NCBI GenBank assembly: GCA_050250955.1
Contig: JBFWNR010000006.1
Coordinates: 54,716-118,715 of the forward strand
Length of the DNA stretch: 64,000 nt
Source of the DNA: Vicinamibacterales bacterium
GTDB lineage: Bacteria; Acidobacteriota; Vicinamibacteria; Vicinamibacterales; UBA2999
Direction of reading: 5' to 3'
The notes beneath the pieces are model-generated. The model did not search any database. It was given only the letters and a program-made list of their open reading frames with translations, and was not told the origin of the DNA. The position numbers were made by a program, and so were the translations under genes. Below, one piece after another: positions 34,498 through 44,020 of the stretch (position 1 is its first letter; every line of letters begins with the position of its first letter).

Positions 34498-37107
34498 CTA
34501 CGGGGCTGCCTTCGTCGCCAGCCACGAAGCGAACGGCCCGGACTGCGACGCGTCGAGTGCCACGCAGCCGTCGATCCGCTCGAGCGCCTGGGCGAGGCTG
34601 CGCGCCGCCGCGGGCACCGGGTGCGCCTTGAAGAACGCGCGGATCTCCGCGGCCCGCGTCGCGGTGCAGAAGCCGCCCAGCGAGCTGACGATGTAGGGCA
34701 TCGCCTGGAAGTCGCCCAGCCGGGTGCTGACCGTGGCCCACTGCGACGACAAGGCGGCCCACGCCTTCTCCTGGGCGGACGAGCCGAGCAGCTGCCCGAT
34801 GAGGATCGGGGCGTCCTGCGTGCGCACGTCCGCCGACAGCGCGAAGGCGATCGTGCGGTCGGCCAGCGCCGGATCGGCGAAGCTGGCCAGCGCGTTGAAG
34901 ACCCGGTAGTACTGTTCCGGCGTGGCGATGGCGGCCTTGGCCGCGGCGAGGTAGCGCTCGTAGAGTGCGGCGTCGCCGCCGGCCGCCGCCACCTGCAGTA
35001 CCGCGGCGGCAAACGACGGCGGCAGCGCCCGCGGATCGTCGAGATAGGCCTCGGCCATCGCCCGGGCCTTGGCCTGCAGCGCCGTGTCGCCGGCGGTCAG
35101 GCCGAGCAGCTGCCACAGCGCGCCGCGGCGGGTCAGGACGTCGTCGGTGTCGCCCTCGCGCGGCGACTCGCCGATGGCGTCGAGCACCGGACGGAACGTC
35201 GCCCGCAGCCACGCTGCGTAGGCCTCGCGCTCACCGGCGTCGGCGATGGCGCCGTGGACGTAGCCGAGGCGGGCGATCACCTCGGCGGCGACGTCGGGGT
35301 TCGGGTCGGAGGCGAAGGCCGCCGCCAGATCGAGATAGGTGCCGATGTCGTGGCGGCCGGCGCGCACCGTGCGCCACTCGTCGCCGAGCAGGCTGATGCG
35401 CTCGGCGGCGGACAGCGGCGGGGTGCGACGGGCGAGCGCGGCGATCGCCTCGGGCTCGTACTCGGTGAGGTAGTAGCCGCGCGCGTCGGCGTTGACGAAG
35501 GCGGCGCCGCAGCCGCTGGCCGTGAAGGTCTCGGTGGCCTTGGTGACCAGCTGGCACGACGGCTGCCCGCTGCCCGTCGTCACGCACACCGGCAGCGTCC
35601 ACGGCTGCCACGCCGCCGCCCTGGCCGGGCTCGCGGCTGCCGTCGGCGCGCTCTCGAACCGGCGCTGCCGGACCGTGACCTGCGTGTTGCCGCCGACGCA
35701 GCGGGTCTGCACCGACAGCGCCGGCGCGCCGGCCTGGTCGACGAAGCTGCGCATGATGCGGTTGACCGGTTTCTCGGTGGCCCGCGTCATCTCCATCCAG
35801 AAGTCCTCGCCGGCGGCGTTGCCCGAGCTGTAGCGCGTCAGGTAGTCCGCGACGCCCTGGCGGAAGGCCTCGGGGCCGACATAGGCCTCGATCATGTTGA
35901 GGACGCCGCTGGTCTTCTCGTAGGCGATCGGGTCGAACACCTCGTTGATCTCGGCCGGCGTCTCGACCCTGGTGCGGATGGCGCGGGTCGAGCGCAGGGC
36001 ATCGAGCCCCATGGCGAACTGGGTCTCCTCGGCGGCCTTGACGTCGAGACGCCATTCCGGCTTCCACGCCGCCAGCGGCTTGTTGGTGGCCCAGGTGGCG
36101 AAGCCCTCGTTCAGCCAGATGTCGTCCCACCATTTCATGGTGACGAGGTTGCCGAACCACTGGTGGGCGATCTCGTGGGCGACCACGCCGGCCACCTGCT
36201 TCAACGTGCCGACCGACGCGGTGGCCTCGTCGGCGAGCAGCAGGCGCTCGCGGAAGGTGATGGCGCCGGCGTTCTCCATGGCGCCGGCGGCGAAGTCGGG
36301 GATGCCGACGATGTCCAGCTTGCCGAACGGATACGGAATCCCGAAGTAGTCGTTGAAGAACTGCACCTGGTGTTCGGCGGCCTTCAGCGCGAAGGCGGTG
36401 AGCGGGTGCTTGTCGGGCGTGGCGCAGACGCGAATCGGCGTCGTCGCGGCGAGCCCGTCGCGGCACACGAAGTCGCCGACGAGCAGCGCCACCAGGTAGG
36501 TGGACATCGTCGGCGTGCGCGCGAAGGTCAGGGTGTGCTTGCCGGGTTCGGGGCCCGGCGTGTCGGTGAGGACGCGGCCGTTGGAGATGGCGGTGTCGGC
36601 GGCGTCGATCATCAGGCTGATGTCGAAGGTGGCCTTCTTCGCCGGTTCGTCGAACGACGGAAAGGCGCGGCGGGCGTCGGTGGCCTCCATCTGGCTCACC
36701 GCGTAGCGGCGGCCGTTGGCCTCGCTCAGGTAGAAGCCGCGCAGCTTGTCGTTGAGGATGCCGGTGTAGGTGACGCGGATCGTCGCCGGTCCGGCGGCGA
36801 GGCGCTGCGGCACGGTGAGGATCGCCGTCTCGGTGGGGGCGTCGAAACGGACCGCCGCGGTCTGCGAGCGTCCGTCGGCGGCAATCTCCACGGCGTCGAA
36901 GGCCAGCTCGGCGGCGTGCAGCGTGATCGAGGTCGTCGGGGCGTCGACGCGGACATCGATGGCGGCGCGGCCCCGGAACGTCGCCTGCGCCAGGTCCGGC
37001 GCGAACCACAGCGTGTAGTGCAGGGGCGTGACCCCGCCGGGCAGGCGCTGCGCGCCGGCGGGCGCGGCCACGGCCGCGACGAGGAGGAGGGGCAGGGTGA
37101 CGCGCAT
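34498..37107 (-). CDS. M1-family zinc aminopeptidase (aminopeptidase N-like), exported
   Basis: GAMEN is present (GAMENAGAITF), together with the HEXXH-18-E site (VVAHEIAHQWFGNLVTMKWWDDIWLNEGFATW). ATG 37107 is followed by a signal peptide. Confidence 0.9.
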   Translation of the reverse strand: MRVTLPLLLVAAVAAPAGAQRLPGGVTPLHYTLWFAPDLAQATFRGRAAIDVRVDAPTTSITLHAAELAFDAVEIAADGRSQTAAVRFDAPTETAILTVPQRLAAGPATIRVTYTGILNDKLRGFYLSEANGRRYAVSQMEATDARRAFPSFDEPAKKATFDISLMIDAADTAISNGRVLTDTPGPEPGKHTLTFARTPTMSTYLVALLVGDFVCRDGLAATTPIRVCATPDKHPLTAFALKAAEHQVQFFNDYFGIPYPFGKLDIVGIPDFAAGAMENAGAITFRERLLLADEATASVGTLKQVAGVVAHEIAHQWFGNLVTMKWWDDIWLNEGFATWATNKPLAAWKPEWRLDVKAAEETQFAMGLDALRSTRAIRTRVETPAEINEVFDPIAYEKTSGVLNMIEAYVGPEAFRQGVADYLTRYSSGNAAGEDFWMEMTRATEKPVNRIMRSFVDQAGAPALSVQTRCVGGNTQVTVRQRRFESAPTAAASPARAAAWQPWTLPVCVTTGSGQPSCQLVTKATETFTASGCGAAFVNADARGYYLTEYEPEAIAALARRTPPLSAAERISLLGDEWRTVRAGRHDIGTYLDLAAAFASDPNPDVAAEVIARLGYVHGAIADAGEREAYAAWLRATFRPVLDAIGESPREGDTDDVLTRRGALWQLLGLTAGDTALQAKARAMAEAYLDDPRALPPSFAAAVLQVAAAGGDAALYERYLAAAKAAIATPEQYYRVFNALASFADPALADRTIAFALSADVRTQDAPILIGQLLGSSAQEKAWAALSSQWATVSTRLGDFQAMPYIVSSLGGFCTATRAAEIRAFFKAHPVPAAARSLAQALERIDGCVALDASQSGPFASWLATKAAP

Positions 37108-37200
37108 GCACCACACGGTAGCAGACGGTCCGCCGGCGACGGTCGCGGGTCGCCGACCAGCCGGGGGCCAGCCGTGGGACGGGATGCGCCGACGCCGTGG

Positions 37201-37746
37201 CTACGGACGGCGCCGCGTCGGCTCCGGTTCGACCTCGGCGCGCTCGCCCTCACCGAGATAGATGCGGACGCGGCGGAATCTGCCATCGTCGATCTGGAAG
37301 AACGCCGCGCCCGGAGTCGCGTGGCGGGTGCCGGTGGCGCGATCGGTGGCGACGGCGACGAGTTGCACCGCCACCGCCGCGCCGCCCCACGGTCCGGCGG
37401 TGACGTGGATCAGCCGCGCCGTCGACTCCCGCGCCGTTTCGGTCTCGATGCGCCAGGTCCGTGCCGTCTCGGTCGCGGCGATGCGGGCGGCGAGGGCCTT
37501 CACCCCGTCGGGGCCGCGGAAGGTCGCCGTGCCGCGCTGGTCGGGCGACGGGCCGGTGAGGTGCAGGCCGTCGGCGGCGTAGAGCGCCGCCAGCGCCTCC
37601 TGGGTGTCGGGTGACTCGGAGAGGGCATTCCACCGCTCGAACCACTGCAGCACCAGCGCCTCGGCCGCTGCCTCCGGCGCCGGCTGCGCCGTCGCACCGA
37701 AACTGCCGAGTCCGCACACCACCACCGCCGCCAGCAGGCTTCGCAT
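37201..37746 (-). CDS. exported SnoaL/NTF2-like fold protein
   Basis: A signal peptide is followed by the pattern A..LV..WFERWNAL........ALAALYA.DG, typical of NTF2-like domains. Confidence 0.65.
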   Translation of the reverse strand: MRSLLAAVVVCGLGSFGATAQPAPEAAAEALVLQWFERWNALSESPDTQEALAALYAADGLHLTGPSPDQRGTATFRGPDGVKALAARIAATETARTWRIETETARESTARLIHVTAGPWGGAAVAVQLVAVATDRATGTRHATPGAAFFQIDDGRFRRVRIYLGEGERAEVEPEPTRRRP

Positions 37747-37840
37747 GCCGAGAATCTACCGGACTCGTGGTCCGGAGGGAGCGGCCTTTTTCGCGCCGTC
37801 CGGCCGGCGCGCCGGCGACCGTCCCCGCTACAATCGGCGC

Positions 37841-38848
37841 GTGCGTATTTCCTGCCTCGTCGCCGTGGTCGCCGCCCTGGGTGTCGTCACCGCCGCTCAG
37901 ACGCCGCGGGTTCGCCACAACCGGGTCATCGGCCTCATCGAACAGCGGCAGCCGGTGTTCGGCCTGTACGCGCCGAGCAACCGCCGGCCGGGCGGCCCAC
38001 CCGGCGCGGCGCGTCCGGCGCCGACGCCCGAGACGCCGGCGAAGTCCCCGGCCGAACTGGCCCGCGAGGCGGCCGCCTATCCGCTGAGCGACTTCGTCTT
38101 CGACGGCTCGATGGAGCGCAACTTCGCGCGCACCTTCCCTGTCTTCGCCGAGTTCGCCAAGGGACTGGCGGCGGCCGGCATCCTCGCCCGGACGCCTGCG
38201 GTGCACCTGACGCACCCGATGATCGTCAAGGCTCCGGAGATTGCCCCCGATCCCGCGGCCGCGGCTGCCCAGATCGCCCAGCAGCTGAACCAGGGCGTGA
38301 GCGGCGTGATGCTGGTCACGGTGGAGACCGCCGAGCAGGCCCGGCAGGGGATTGCGGCGATGCGCTTTGCGAGCAAGGGCGGCACGCGGCCGGACGGCGA
38401 CCTCGGCAGCGCGCCGGCGGTGTGGGGGCTGAGCGACGCCGACTACCGCCGCACGGCCGACGTCTGGCCGCTCGATCCCGACGGCGAGCTCATCAACTGG
38501 ACGATCGTCGAGAGCCGCAAGGGCCTGGAGAACCTGCGCGAGATCGCCGCCGTGCCGGGCATCGGCGTGCTGTGGCCGGGGGCGGGCACGCTGCGGGGCG
38601 TCTTTTCCACCACCGGACCCGACGGCGCACGCGTGGTCGACGAGGCGGCGTGGGAGCAGGCCATCCAGCAGGTGCTCGCCGCCTGCAAGGCCAACCGCAT
38701 CGCCTGCGGCTTCCCGGCCAACGCCAGCGACATCGAGACGCGGATGGCCCAGGGCTTCAGCGTGTTCGTCATGAACTGGGGCGAGGCCGGCTTCACGACC
38801 GTCGAAGCCGGCCGCCGGCTGGCCGGACGCACTGCCAGCCAGCGCTGA
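37841..38848 (+). CDS. HpcH/HpaI aldolase-family-like protein with signal peptide
   Basis: GTG at 37841. The segments QGVSGVMLVTVETAEQARQGIAAMRF...GGTRP and INWTIVESRKGLENLREIAAVPGIGVLWPGAGTL match the aldolase-family core motifs. Confidence 0.65.
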   Translation: MRISCLVAVVAALGVVTAAQTPRVRHNRVIGLIEQRQPVFGLYAPSNRRPGGPPGAARPAPTPETPAKSPAELAREAAAYPLSDFVFDGSMERNFARTFPVFAEFAKGLAAAGILARTPAVHLTHPMIVKAPEIAPDPAAAAAQIAQQLNQGVSGVMLVTVETAEQARQGIAAMRFASKGGTRPDGDLGSAPAVWGLSDADYRRTADVWPLDPDGELINWTIVESRKGLENLREIAAVPGIGVLWPGAGTLRGVFSTTGPDGARVVDEAAWEQAIQQVLAACKANRIACGFPANASDIETRMAQGFSVFVMNWGEAGFTTVEAGRRLAGRTASQR

Positions 38849-38892
38849 GCCGGCGCCGGCCCCGGCCGGGCAGTGACGGCCATGGCGATCTT

Positions 38893-38906
38893 GGTACATA
38901 TGTACC
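38893..38906. promoter_or_regulatory. perfect 14-bp palindrome GGTACATATGTACC (candidate operator)
   Basis: It is AT-rich in a GC-rich background. It lies 17 nt upstream of ATG 38923 of an RHH-like gene. Confidence 0.5.
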
Positions 38907-38922
38907 GTGATATGCTCGGCGC

Positions 38923-39207
38923 ATGCCGTCCCCGTCCGTGTCCCGCGAGGTCGAGCGGGTCCAGACCGGTGTCCGCCTGGAGAAGCGCCTGCTCAAGGTG
39001 ACCAAGGCGCTCGCCGACTCCCTCGACCTCACCCTGGGCGACCTGGTCGAAGGGGTGCTGCTGCACGCGCTCGACGGCAAGGCGCCGTTTGGCGCCGCCA
39101 CGCTGGCCCGCGCCGCCCAGCTCAAGGAGGTCTTCGGGCTCGACCTCACCGCCGCCGACGCCCACCGCCTGCGCGAGCGCCCGGCGACCAGGAAGGCCAC
39201 GCCGTGA
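38923..39207 (+). CDS. small ribbon-helix-helix-like DNA-binding protein
   Basis: A predicted N-terminal strand TGVRLEKRLL is followed by two helices (KVTKALADSLDLTLGDLVEGVLLHAL), the CopG/Arc/MetJ layout. Confidence 0.6.
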   Translation: MPSPSVSREVERVQTGVRLEKRLLKVTKALADSLDLTLGDLVEGVLLHALDGKAPFGAATLARAAQLKEVFGLDLTAADAHRLRERPATRKATP

Positions 39208-39620
39208 CCGCCGACGACCAGGCGCGGGTCGACGCGTTCCGGGCCGGCACGCTCGGCACCGACGCCTTCCACCACCGCGACCACGTGCGCATGGCGTGGC
39301 TCTACGTGCACGCTCACGGGTTGGAGCCGGCGGTGGCCCGCTTCACCGCCGACCTGCGGGCGTTCGCCGCCGCCAAGGGCGTGCCGGGGCTCTACCACGC
39401 CACCATCACGGTGGCCTACCTGGCCCTCATCGCCGAGCGCATCGCCGCCACACCGGACCGGTCCTGGGAGGCCTTTGCCGCCGCGCACGGCGACCTGCTG
39501 CGCTGGAAGCCGTCGATCCTCGACGACTACTACTCGGCCGAGCGGCTGTGGTCCGAGGCGGCGCGGGCCCGCTTCCTGCTGCCCGATCGCATTCCGGGCG
39601 GCGTGGCTACCGCGGTCTGA
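39204..39620 (+). CDS. conserved-looking hypothetical protein (138 aa, helical)
   Basis: GTG 39204 overlaps the upstream TGA (GTGA). Codon bias looks coding. I recognise no family. Confidence 0.6.
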   Translation: MTADDQARVDAFRAGTLGTDAFHHRDHVRMAWLYVHAHGLEPAVARFTADLRAFAAAKGVPGLYHATITVAYLALIAERIAATPDRSWEAFAAAHGDLLRWKPSILDDYYSAERLWSEAARARFLLPDRIPGGVATAV

Positions 39621-39720
39621 CCCCGCCGGCCGGTCCCTGCCGGCTGCGGCTGGCGGCGCGCCGCGGGCCGCTGGTCACCCCGCCGTTGACCGCGGGGCCG
39701 CGCCGCGGCAAAGTGCGGCG

Positions 39721-40332
39721 ATGACCGGAATGCGACCGCTGGCGGCCGCCCTTGCCGTCGCGCTGCTGGCCGCCACCGCCGGCGCCTCGGCGGCCGGCCC
39801 GATGAGCGACGGTGAACGCCAGCGGCTGCTGGCGCACCTGGAGCTCACCGAGTCGTGGCTGGCGTCGGAGCTGGCCGGGCTCTCGGCCGCGCAGCTGGCC
39901 TTCCGCATGGCGCCCGACACGTGGAGCATCCGCGACGTCGTCGAGCACCTCGCCATCGCCGAGCCGCAGTACTGGAAGCAGCTCGAGGACTCGCTGGCGC
40001 GGCCGCTGCCGGCCACGCCCTACACGCCGCAGGTCACCGACGCCGGCATCCTCTGGTACGGCATCGACCGCGGCAACCGCCAGCGCACCGGCGAGGCCAG
40101 GGTCCCCGACGGGCGCTTTGCGAGCGCCGCCGATGCCCATGCCTCGTTCGTGAAGCTGAGGGCGACGATGAAGGCGCGGGCCGCGGCGAGCCAGGACGAC
40201 TGGCGCGGCCGTCAGCTCATCGACGGCACGATGGACGTCTACCAGTGGTTCCTGATGATCTCGACGCACGCCCAGCGGCACATCCTGCAGATCCGCGAGG
40301 TCAAGGCTCACCCGGGCTACCCGCCGCGCTGA
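39721..40332 (+). CDS. exported DinB-family protein
   Basis: A signal peptide is present. The patterns are W.IRDVVEHLA..E..Y and STHAQRHILQI (DinB_2-like His triad). Confidence 0.8.
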   Translation: MTGMRPLAAALAVALLAATAGASAAGPMSDGERQRLLAHLELTESWLASELAGLSAAQLAFRMAPDTWSIRDVVEHLAIAEPQYWKQLEDSLARPLPATPYTPQVTDAGILWYGIDRGNRQRTGEARVPDGRFASAADAHASFVKLRATMKARAAASQDDWRGRQLIDGTMDVYQWFLMISTHAQRHILQIREVKAHPGYPPR

Positions 40333-40359
40333 CCGCCGTGCCGCCGCCGTGCGGCCCGC

Positions 40360-40743
40360 TCAGCGCACGCTGAGCTTCCCCGACCCACGCGAGGCGATGT
40401 AGAGGAAGAGGAAGCAGTAGAGCACCGCCAGCTCGCCGCCGTTCTGGATCGGCCAGACGCCGCGCGGGAGGTGCGCCTGGAAGTAGGCCACCGCCATCTG
40501 CCCGCTGGCCAGGAACGCCACCGGCGAGGTGAACGCGCCCAGCGCGATCGCCAGGCCGCCGAAGGTCTCGATGACGCCGGCCAGGCCGCGCTGCGACCAC
40601 AGGGCCACCGGCGGCGAGTCGGTCAGCCAGCCGAACAGCTTCTGCACGCCGTGCTGGGCGAAGAGCAGCCCGGCGACGATGCGCAACGCGGCGTAGAGGT
40701 ACGGGGTCAGCGGAGCGAGCCACGACTGCATGGCGTCGATCAT
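40360..40743 (-). CDS. DoxX-family membrane protein
   Basis: The pattern is LRIVAGLLFAQHG.QKLFG, with four TM segments. Confidence 0.85.
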   Translation of the reverse strand: MIDAMQSWLAPLTPYLYAALRIVAGLLFAQHGVQKLFGWLTDSPPVALWSQRGLAGVIETFGGLAIALGAFTSPVAFLASGQMAVAYFQAHLPRGVWPIQNGGELAVLYCFLFLYIASRGSGKLSVR

Positions 40744-40776
40744 CGGCCGCCCGGCCGGGTCGAGTGTCAGCGACTG

Positions 40777-41967
40777 TCAGCGCACGGCGCCGCTGGCCCG
40801 CAGCCCGGCGATGGCGGCCGCGTCGTAGCCGCAGTCGGCGAGCACCGCATCGGTGTCCTCGCCGAGCCGCGGCGCCCGGCGTCGCGGCTCGATCGGCGTC
40901 GCCGAGAACTTGAGCGGCGTGCCGACACTGCGGATGCGGCCCAGGGCCGGATGATCGACTTCCACGGCCATCGCCCGCGCCGTCGCCTGTTCGGTGGCGA
41001 ACGCCTCGGCGTAGTCGAGAATCGGCCCGCACGGGATGCCCGCCCGGTCGAGACGGTCGAGCCAGTCGGCACGGGTGGCCGTCGAGGTGACCGCGTCGAT
41101 GGCGGCGGCCAGCCCCTCACGATGCGCGACCCGGGCGCCGTCGGTGGCGAAGCGCGGGTCGGCCGGCCATTCGGGATGGCCGAGCACCTCGGCCAGCTTC
41201 TCGAACGTGCGCTGGTTGGCGGCGCCGATGGTGATGAAGCCGTCGGCGCAGCGGAACGCCTGATAGGGCGCGCTCATCCGGTGCGCCGAGCCGAGCGGTC
41301 CGGGGATGCCGCGGCCGCCGAAGTACTCGGCCGACTCCCACACCGACAGCGCCAGCCCGGCTTCCATCAACGAGGTGTCGAGATGCTGCCCCTGGCCGGT
41401 GCGATCGCGATAGTGCAGCGCGGCCAGGATGCCGGCGAGGGCGAACAGCCCGGCGCCGAGGTCAGTGATCGGCAGCCCGGCCTTGACCGGCGGCCGGCCC
41501 GGCTCGCCGGTGACCGACATGATTCCGGTGACGCCCTGCGCCACCAGGTCGAACCCGCCGCGCCCTGCCCACGGCCCGCTCTGGCCGTAGCCGGAGATCG
41601 AGGCGTAGATGAGCCCGGGGTGGTCGGCGGCGAGGGCCGGGTAGTCGAGCCCGAACTTCGCCATCACCCCGGGGCGGAAGTTCTCGACGACGACGTCGGC
41701 GCCGGCAGCGAGGCGGCGGAACACCGCCCGTGCCGCGTCCTGGCGCAAGTCGAGGACGACGCCGCGCTTGCCGCGGTTGACGGCGTTGAAGGCGTGGCTT
41801 TCTCCAGCCGTGCTGCCGGCCATGGCGCGGGTCGAGTCGCCGCCCGGCGGCTCCACTTTGATCACGCGGGCGCCCATGTCCGCCAGTAACATCGCGCAGT
41901 ACGGCCCGGCCATCACCTGGGTCGCATCGACGACGACTATGCCTTCGAGCAACGTGGCCTGGGACAT
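40777..41967 (-). CDS. family III CoA-transferase (CaiB/BaiF)
   Basis: The pattern is LEGIVVVDATQVMAGPYCAMLLADMGARVIKVE.PGGD..R. The start is ATG 41967 (or 41991). Confidence 0.9.
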   Translation of the reverse strand: MSQATLLEGIVVVDATQVMAGPYCAMLLADMGARVIKVEPPGGDSTRAMAGSTAGESHAFNAVNRGKRGVVLDLRQDAARAVFRRLAAGADVVVENFRPGVMAKFGLDYPALAADHPGLIYASISGYGQSGPWAGRGGFDLVAQGVTGIMSVTGEPGRPPVKAGLPITDLGAGLFALAGILAALHYRDRTGQGQHLDTSLMEAGLALSVWESAEYFGGRGIPGPLGSAHRMSAPYQAFRCADGFITIGAANQRTFEKLAEVLGHPEWPADPRFATDGARVAHREGLAAAIDAVTSTATRADWLDRLDRAGIPCGPILDYAEAFATEQATARAMAVEVDHPALGRIRSVGTPLKFSATPIEPRRRAPRLGEDTDAVLADCGYDAAAIAGLRASGAVR

Positions 41968-42712
41968 CGACGGACCTGTGGGGACGCTCACGCTGGCTCG
42001 CCCTCACGCACGCAATGCCCTCACCTGGGACATGTACGACGCGGTGGTCGAGGCCTGCGACCTCGTCGACCGCTCGCCGGTGCGCGTGCTGATTGTACGA
42101 GGATCGGGCGGGGCGTTCTCCTCGGGCACCGACATCACGCAGTTCGACCAGGTGCGCACCGGCGACGACGGCCTCGCCTACGAACGGCGCATCGGCGCCG
42201 TCGTCGACCGCGTCGAGCGGCTGCGGGTGCCGACGATCGCGTCGATCGAGGGCGTGGCGGTCGGTGGCGGCTGTGCGCTGGCCGTGGCGTGCGACCTGCG
42301 GATCTGCGCCGACACGGCGGTCTTCGGCGTCCCGGTGGCCCGCACGCTCGGCAACTGCCTGTCGATCGAGAACCTCGCCCGGCTGGTCGAACTGGTCGGC
42401 GCCGGCCGCGTCGCCGATCTGCTGATGACCGGCCGGCTGGTGCGGGCCGACGAGGCACTGGCCTGGGGCCTGGCCTCGCGGGTCGTACCGGCGGCCGACC
42501 TCGAGGCGACGACCCGGAACATCGCCGACGAGCTGGCCGGCCGCGCCGCCAGCACGCTGGTCGCCACCAAGCAGATGCTGCGCCGGCTGCGCGAGCACCG
42601 GCGCCCGCCGCCCGGCGCCGCCGACGACCTGGTGGCGGCGTGCTACGCCAGCGCCGAGTTCCGCGAGGGCGTCCGCGCCTTCGCCGAGAAGCGCCCGCCG
42701 CGTTTCGCCTGA
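41939..42712 (+). CDS. enoyl-CoA hydratase/isomerase (crotonase) family protein
   Basis: The patterns are GTLTLARPHARNALT..M........D........VLIVRGSGGAFSSGTDI and IEGVAVGGGCALAVACDLRI. Confidence 0.85.
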   Translation: MPSSNVAWDIDGPVGTLTLARPHARNALTWDMYDAVVEACDLVDRSPVRVLIVRGSGGAFSSGTDITQFDQVRTGDDGLAYERRIGAVVDRVERLRVPTIASIEGVAVGGGCALAVACDLRICADTAVFGVPVARTLGNCLSIENLARLVELVGAGRVADLLMTGRLVRADEALAWGLASRVVPAADLEATTRNIADELAGRAASTLVATKQMLRRLREHRRPPPGAADDLVAACYASAEFREGVRAFAEKRPPRFA

Positions 42713-42722
42713 CCCGGCCGCC

Positions 42723-44009
42723 TCAGCCCTGGCGGCCGCCGGCGACGACCGCGCCGCCGCCGCGCCGCTTGCCCTCGTAGAGCCGCTCGTCGGCGCGGGC
42801 GATGAGCGCGGTGACGTCGGCGCCGTCGTGGGGGAAGACGGCGATGCCGACCGAGATGGTCGCCGGCGCCCACGGCGGCGGCGGTGACACTTCACGCGAC
42901 CGCGCCGTGATGTTGTCGAGCAGCCGCTCGGCGAAGATGCGTGCGGCGGGGCGGTCGGCGTTGGTGAGCACGACCACGAACTCGTCGCCGCCGTAGCGGC
43001 AGGCGGCATCGGAGGCGCGGACCATCGCCGCGATCTGCCGGCCGACGAAGCGCAGCAGCTCGTCGCCGGCCTGGTGCCCGTGGCGGTCGTTGGTGGCCTT
43101 GAGCCGGTCGACGTCGATGAGCACCAGGCTCATCGCGTGCCCGGCCCGCTCGGCGTGCGCGACCTGGCGCGGCGCGTGCTCGTCGAAGTAGCCGCGGTTG
43201 TAGAGCCCGGTCAGGGCGTCGCGGGTGAGCTGGATTCGCGCCGCCTCGTAGCGCTGCCGGTAGGTGAGCCAGGTGAAGACGTCGCGGCTCGACGGCCCGT
43301 CGGCCCCCGGGGCGTCGGGATCGACGTAGCGCACGTAGAGGGCGACGAACGCGGCGTAGAAGCTGGCGCCGGCGAACTTGGCCAGGAAGCCGTAGACCAG
43401 CGCGCCGGCGAACCCCGGCCGGCCCAGGAACACGCCGACCGAGAACAGCACGCTGTCGAGGGCCATGATGAGCGTGACGGTCAGCCACAGGCGGAGGAAC
43501 AGCGGGCGCAGCCGCCGGCTGATCGCCTCGAACACCACCAGCGCCGCCACCACGTCCACGAAGAGCGCCAGGGTGCTGGCGAGGGCCAGGCGGAGGCTCT
43601 GCGTGAACAGCGTCACCGGCAGACCCAGCGGATTGCCGGCGCCGTCGACCACCAGGTGCCAGCCGGCCACCGCCGCCACCGCGTAGGCGGCGAGATTCGA
43701 GATGACGACGCCGTAGGCGACCTTGCGCGTCTCCTCGGCGTCCAGCTCGATGTAGGTGAGCAGCACCACCACGGTGACGATCGGGAACAGGACCACCGAG
43801 GCCGGGTCGACGACCACGCCGGGGGCGAACTCGATCCGCACCGACGTGGCCAGGACGATCTGCAGGTACTGGAATGCGCCGACCACCAGGTAGACCGGGC
43901 CCAGCCCGAGCCGGCGGCGCAGCCCGAACAGCGACAGCACGATGCTGCCGACCAGGGCCGCCTCGGCGACGAGCAGCAGGACATGCGGGTTCACGACGAC
44001 CTCGTCCAT
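42723..44009 (-). CDS. membrane-anchored diguanylate cyclase (GGDEF)
   Basis: About 7 N-terminal TM segments precede D.LTGLYNRGYF...LIDVDRLKATNDRHGHQAGDELL...RYGGDEFVVV. Confidence 0.9.
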   Translation of the reverse strand: MDEVVVNPHVLLLVAEAALVGSIVLSLFGLRRRLGLGPVYLVVGAFQYLQIVLATSVRIEFAPGVVVDPASVVLFPIVTVVVLLTYIELDAEETRKVAYGVVISNLAAYAVAAVAGWHLVVDGAGNPLGLPVTLFTQSLRLALASTLALFVDVVAALVVFEAISRRLRPLFLRLWLTVTLIMALDSVLFSVGVFLGRPGFAGALVYGFLAKFAGASFYAAFVALYVRYVDPDAPGADGPSSRDVFTWLTYRQRYEAARIQLTRDALTGLYNRGYFDEHAPRQVAHAERAGHAMSLVLIDVDRLKATNDRHGHQAGDELLRFVGRQIAAMVRASDAACRYGGDEFVVVLTNADRPAARIFAERLLDNITARSREVSPPPPWAPATISVGIAVFPHDGADVTALIARADERLYEGKRRGGGAVVAGGRQG

Positions 44010-44020
44010 CCGACCTTCCC

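Noticed and set aside
32221-37614. A 1797-aa ORF on the plus strand.
   Set aside because: It is antisense to the well-supported DUF1549/1553 and M1 aminopeptidase genes. Its composition is dominated by Arg, Gly, Ala and Asp, with no recognisable domain. It stays open only because stop codons are rare in GC-rich antisense frames.
39614-39623. A third occurrence of GTCTGACCCC, overlapping the stop codon at 39618-39620.
   Set aside because: Only the 10-mer matches. The flanks show no similarity to the ~50-nt element at 21129 and 30948. It may be chance in a GC-rich sequence.
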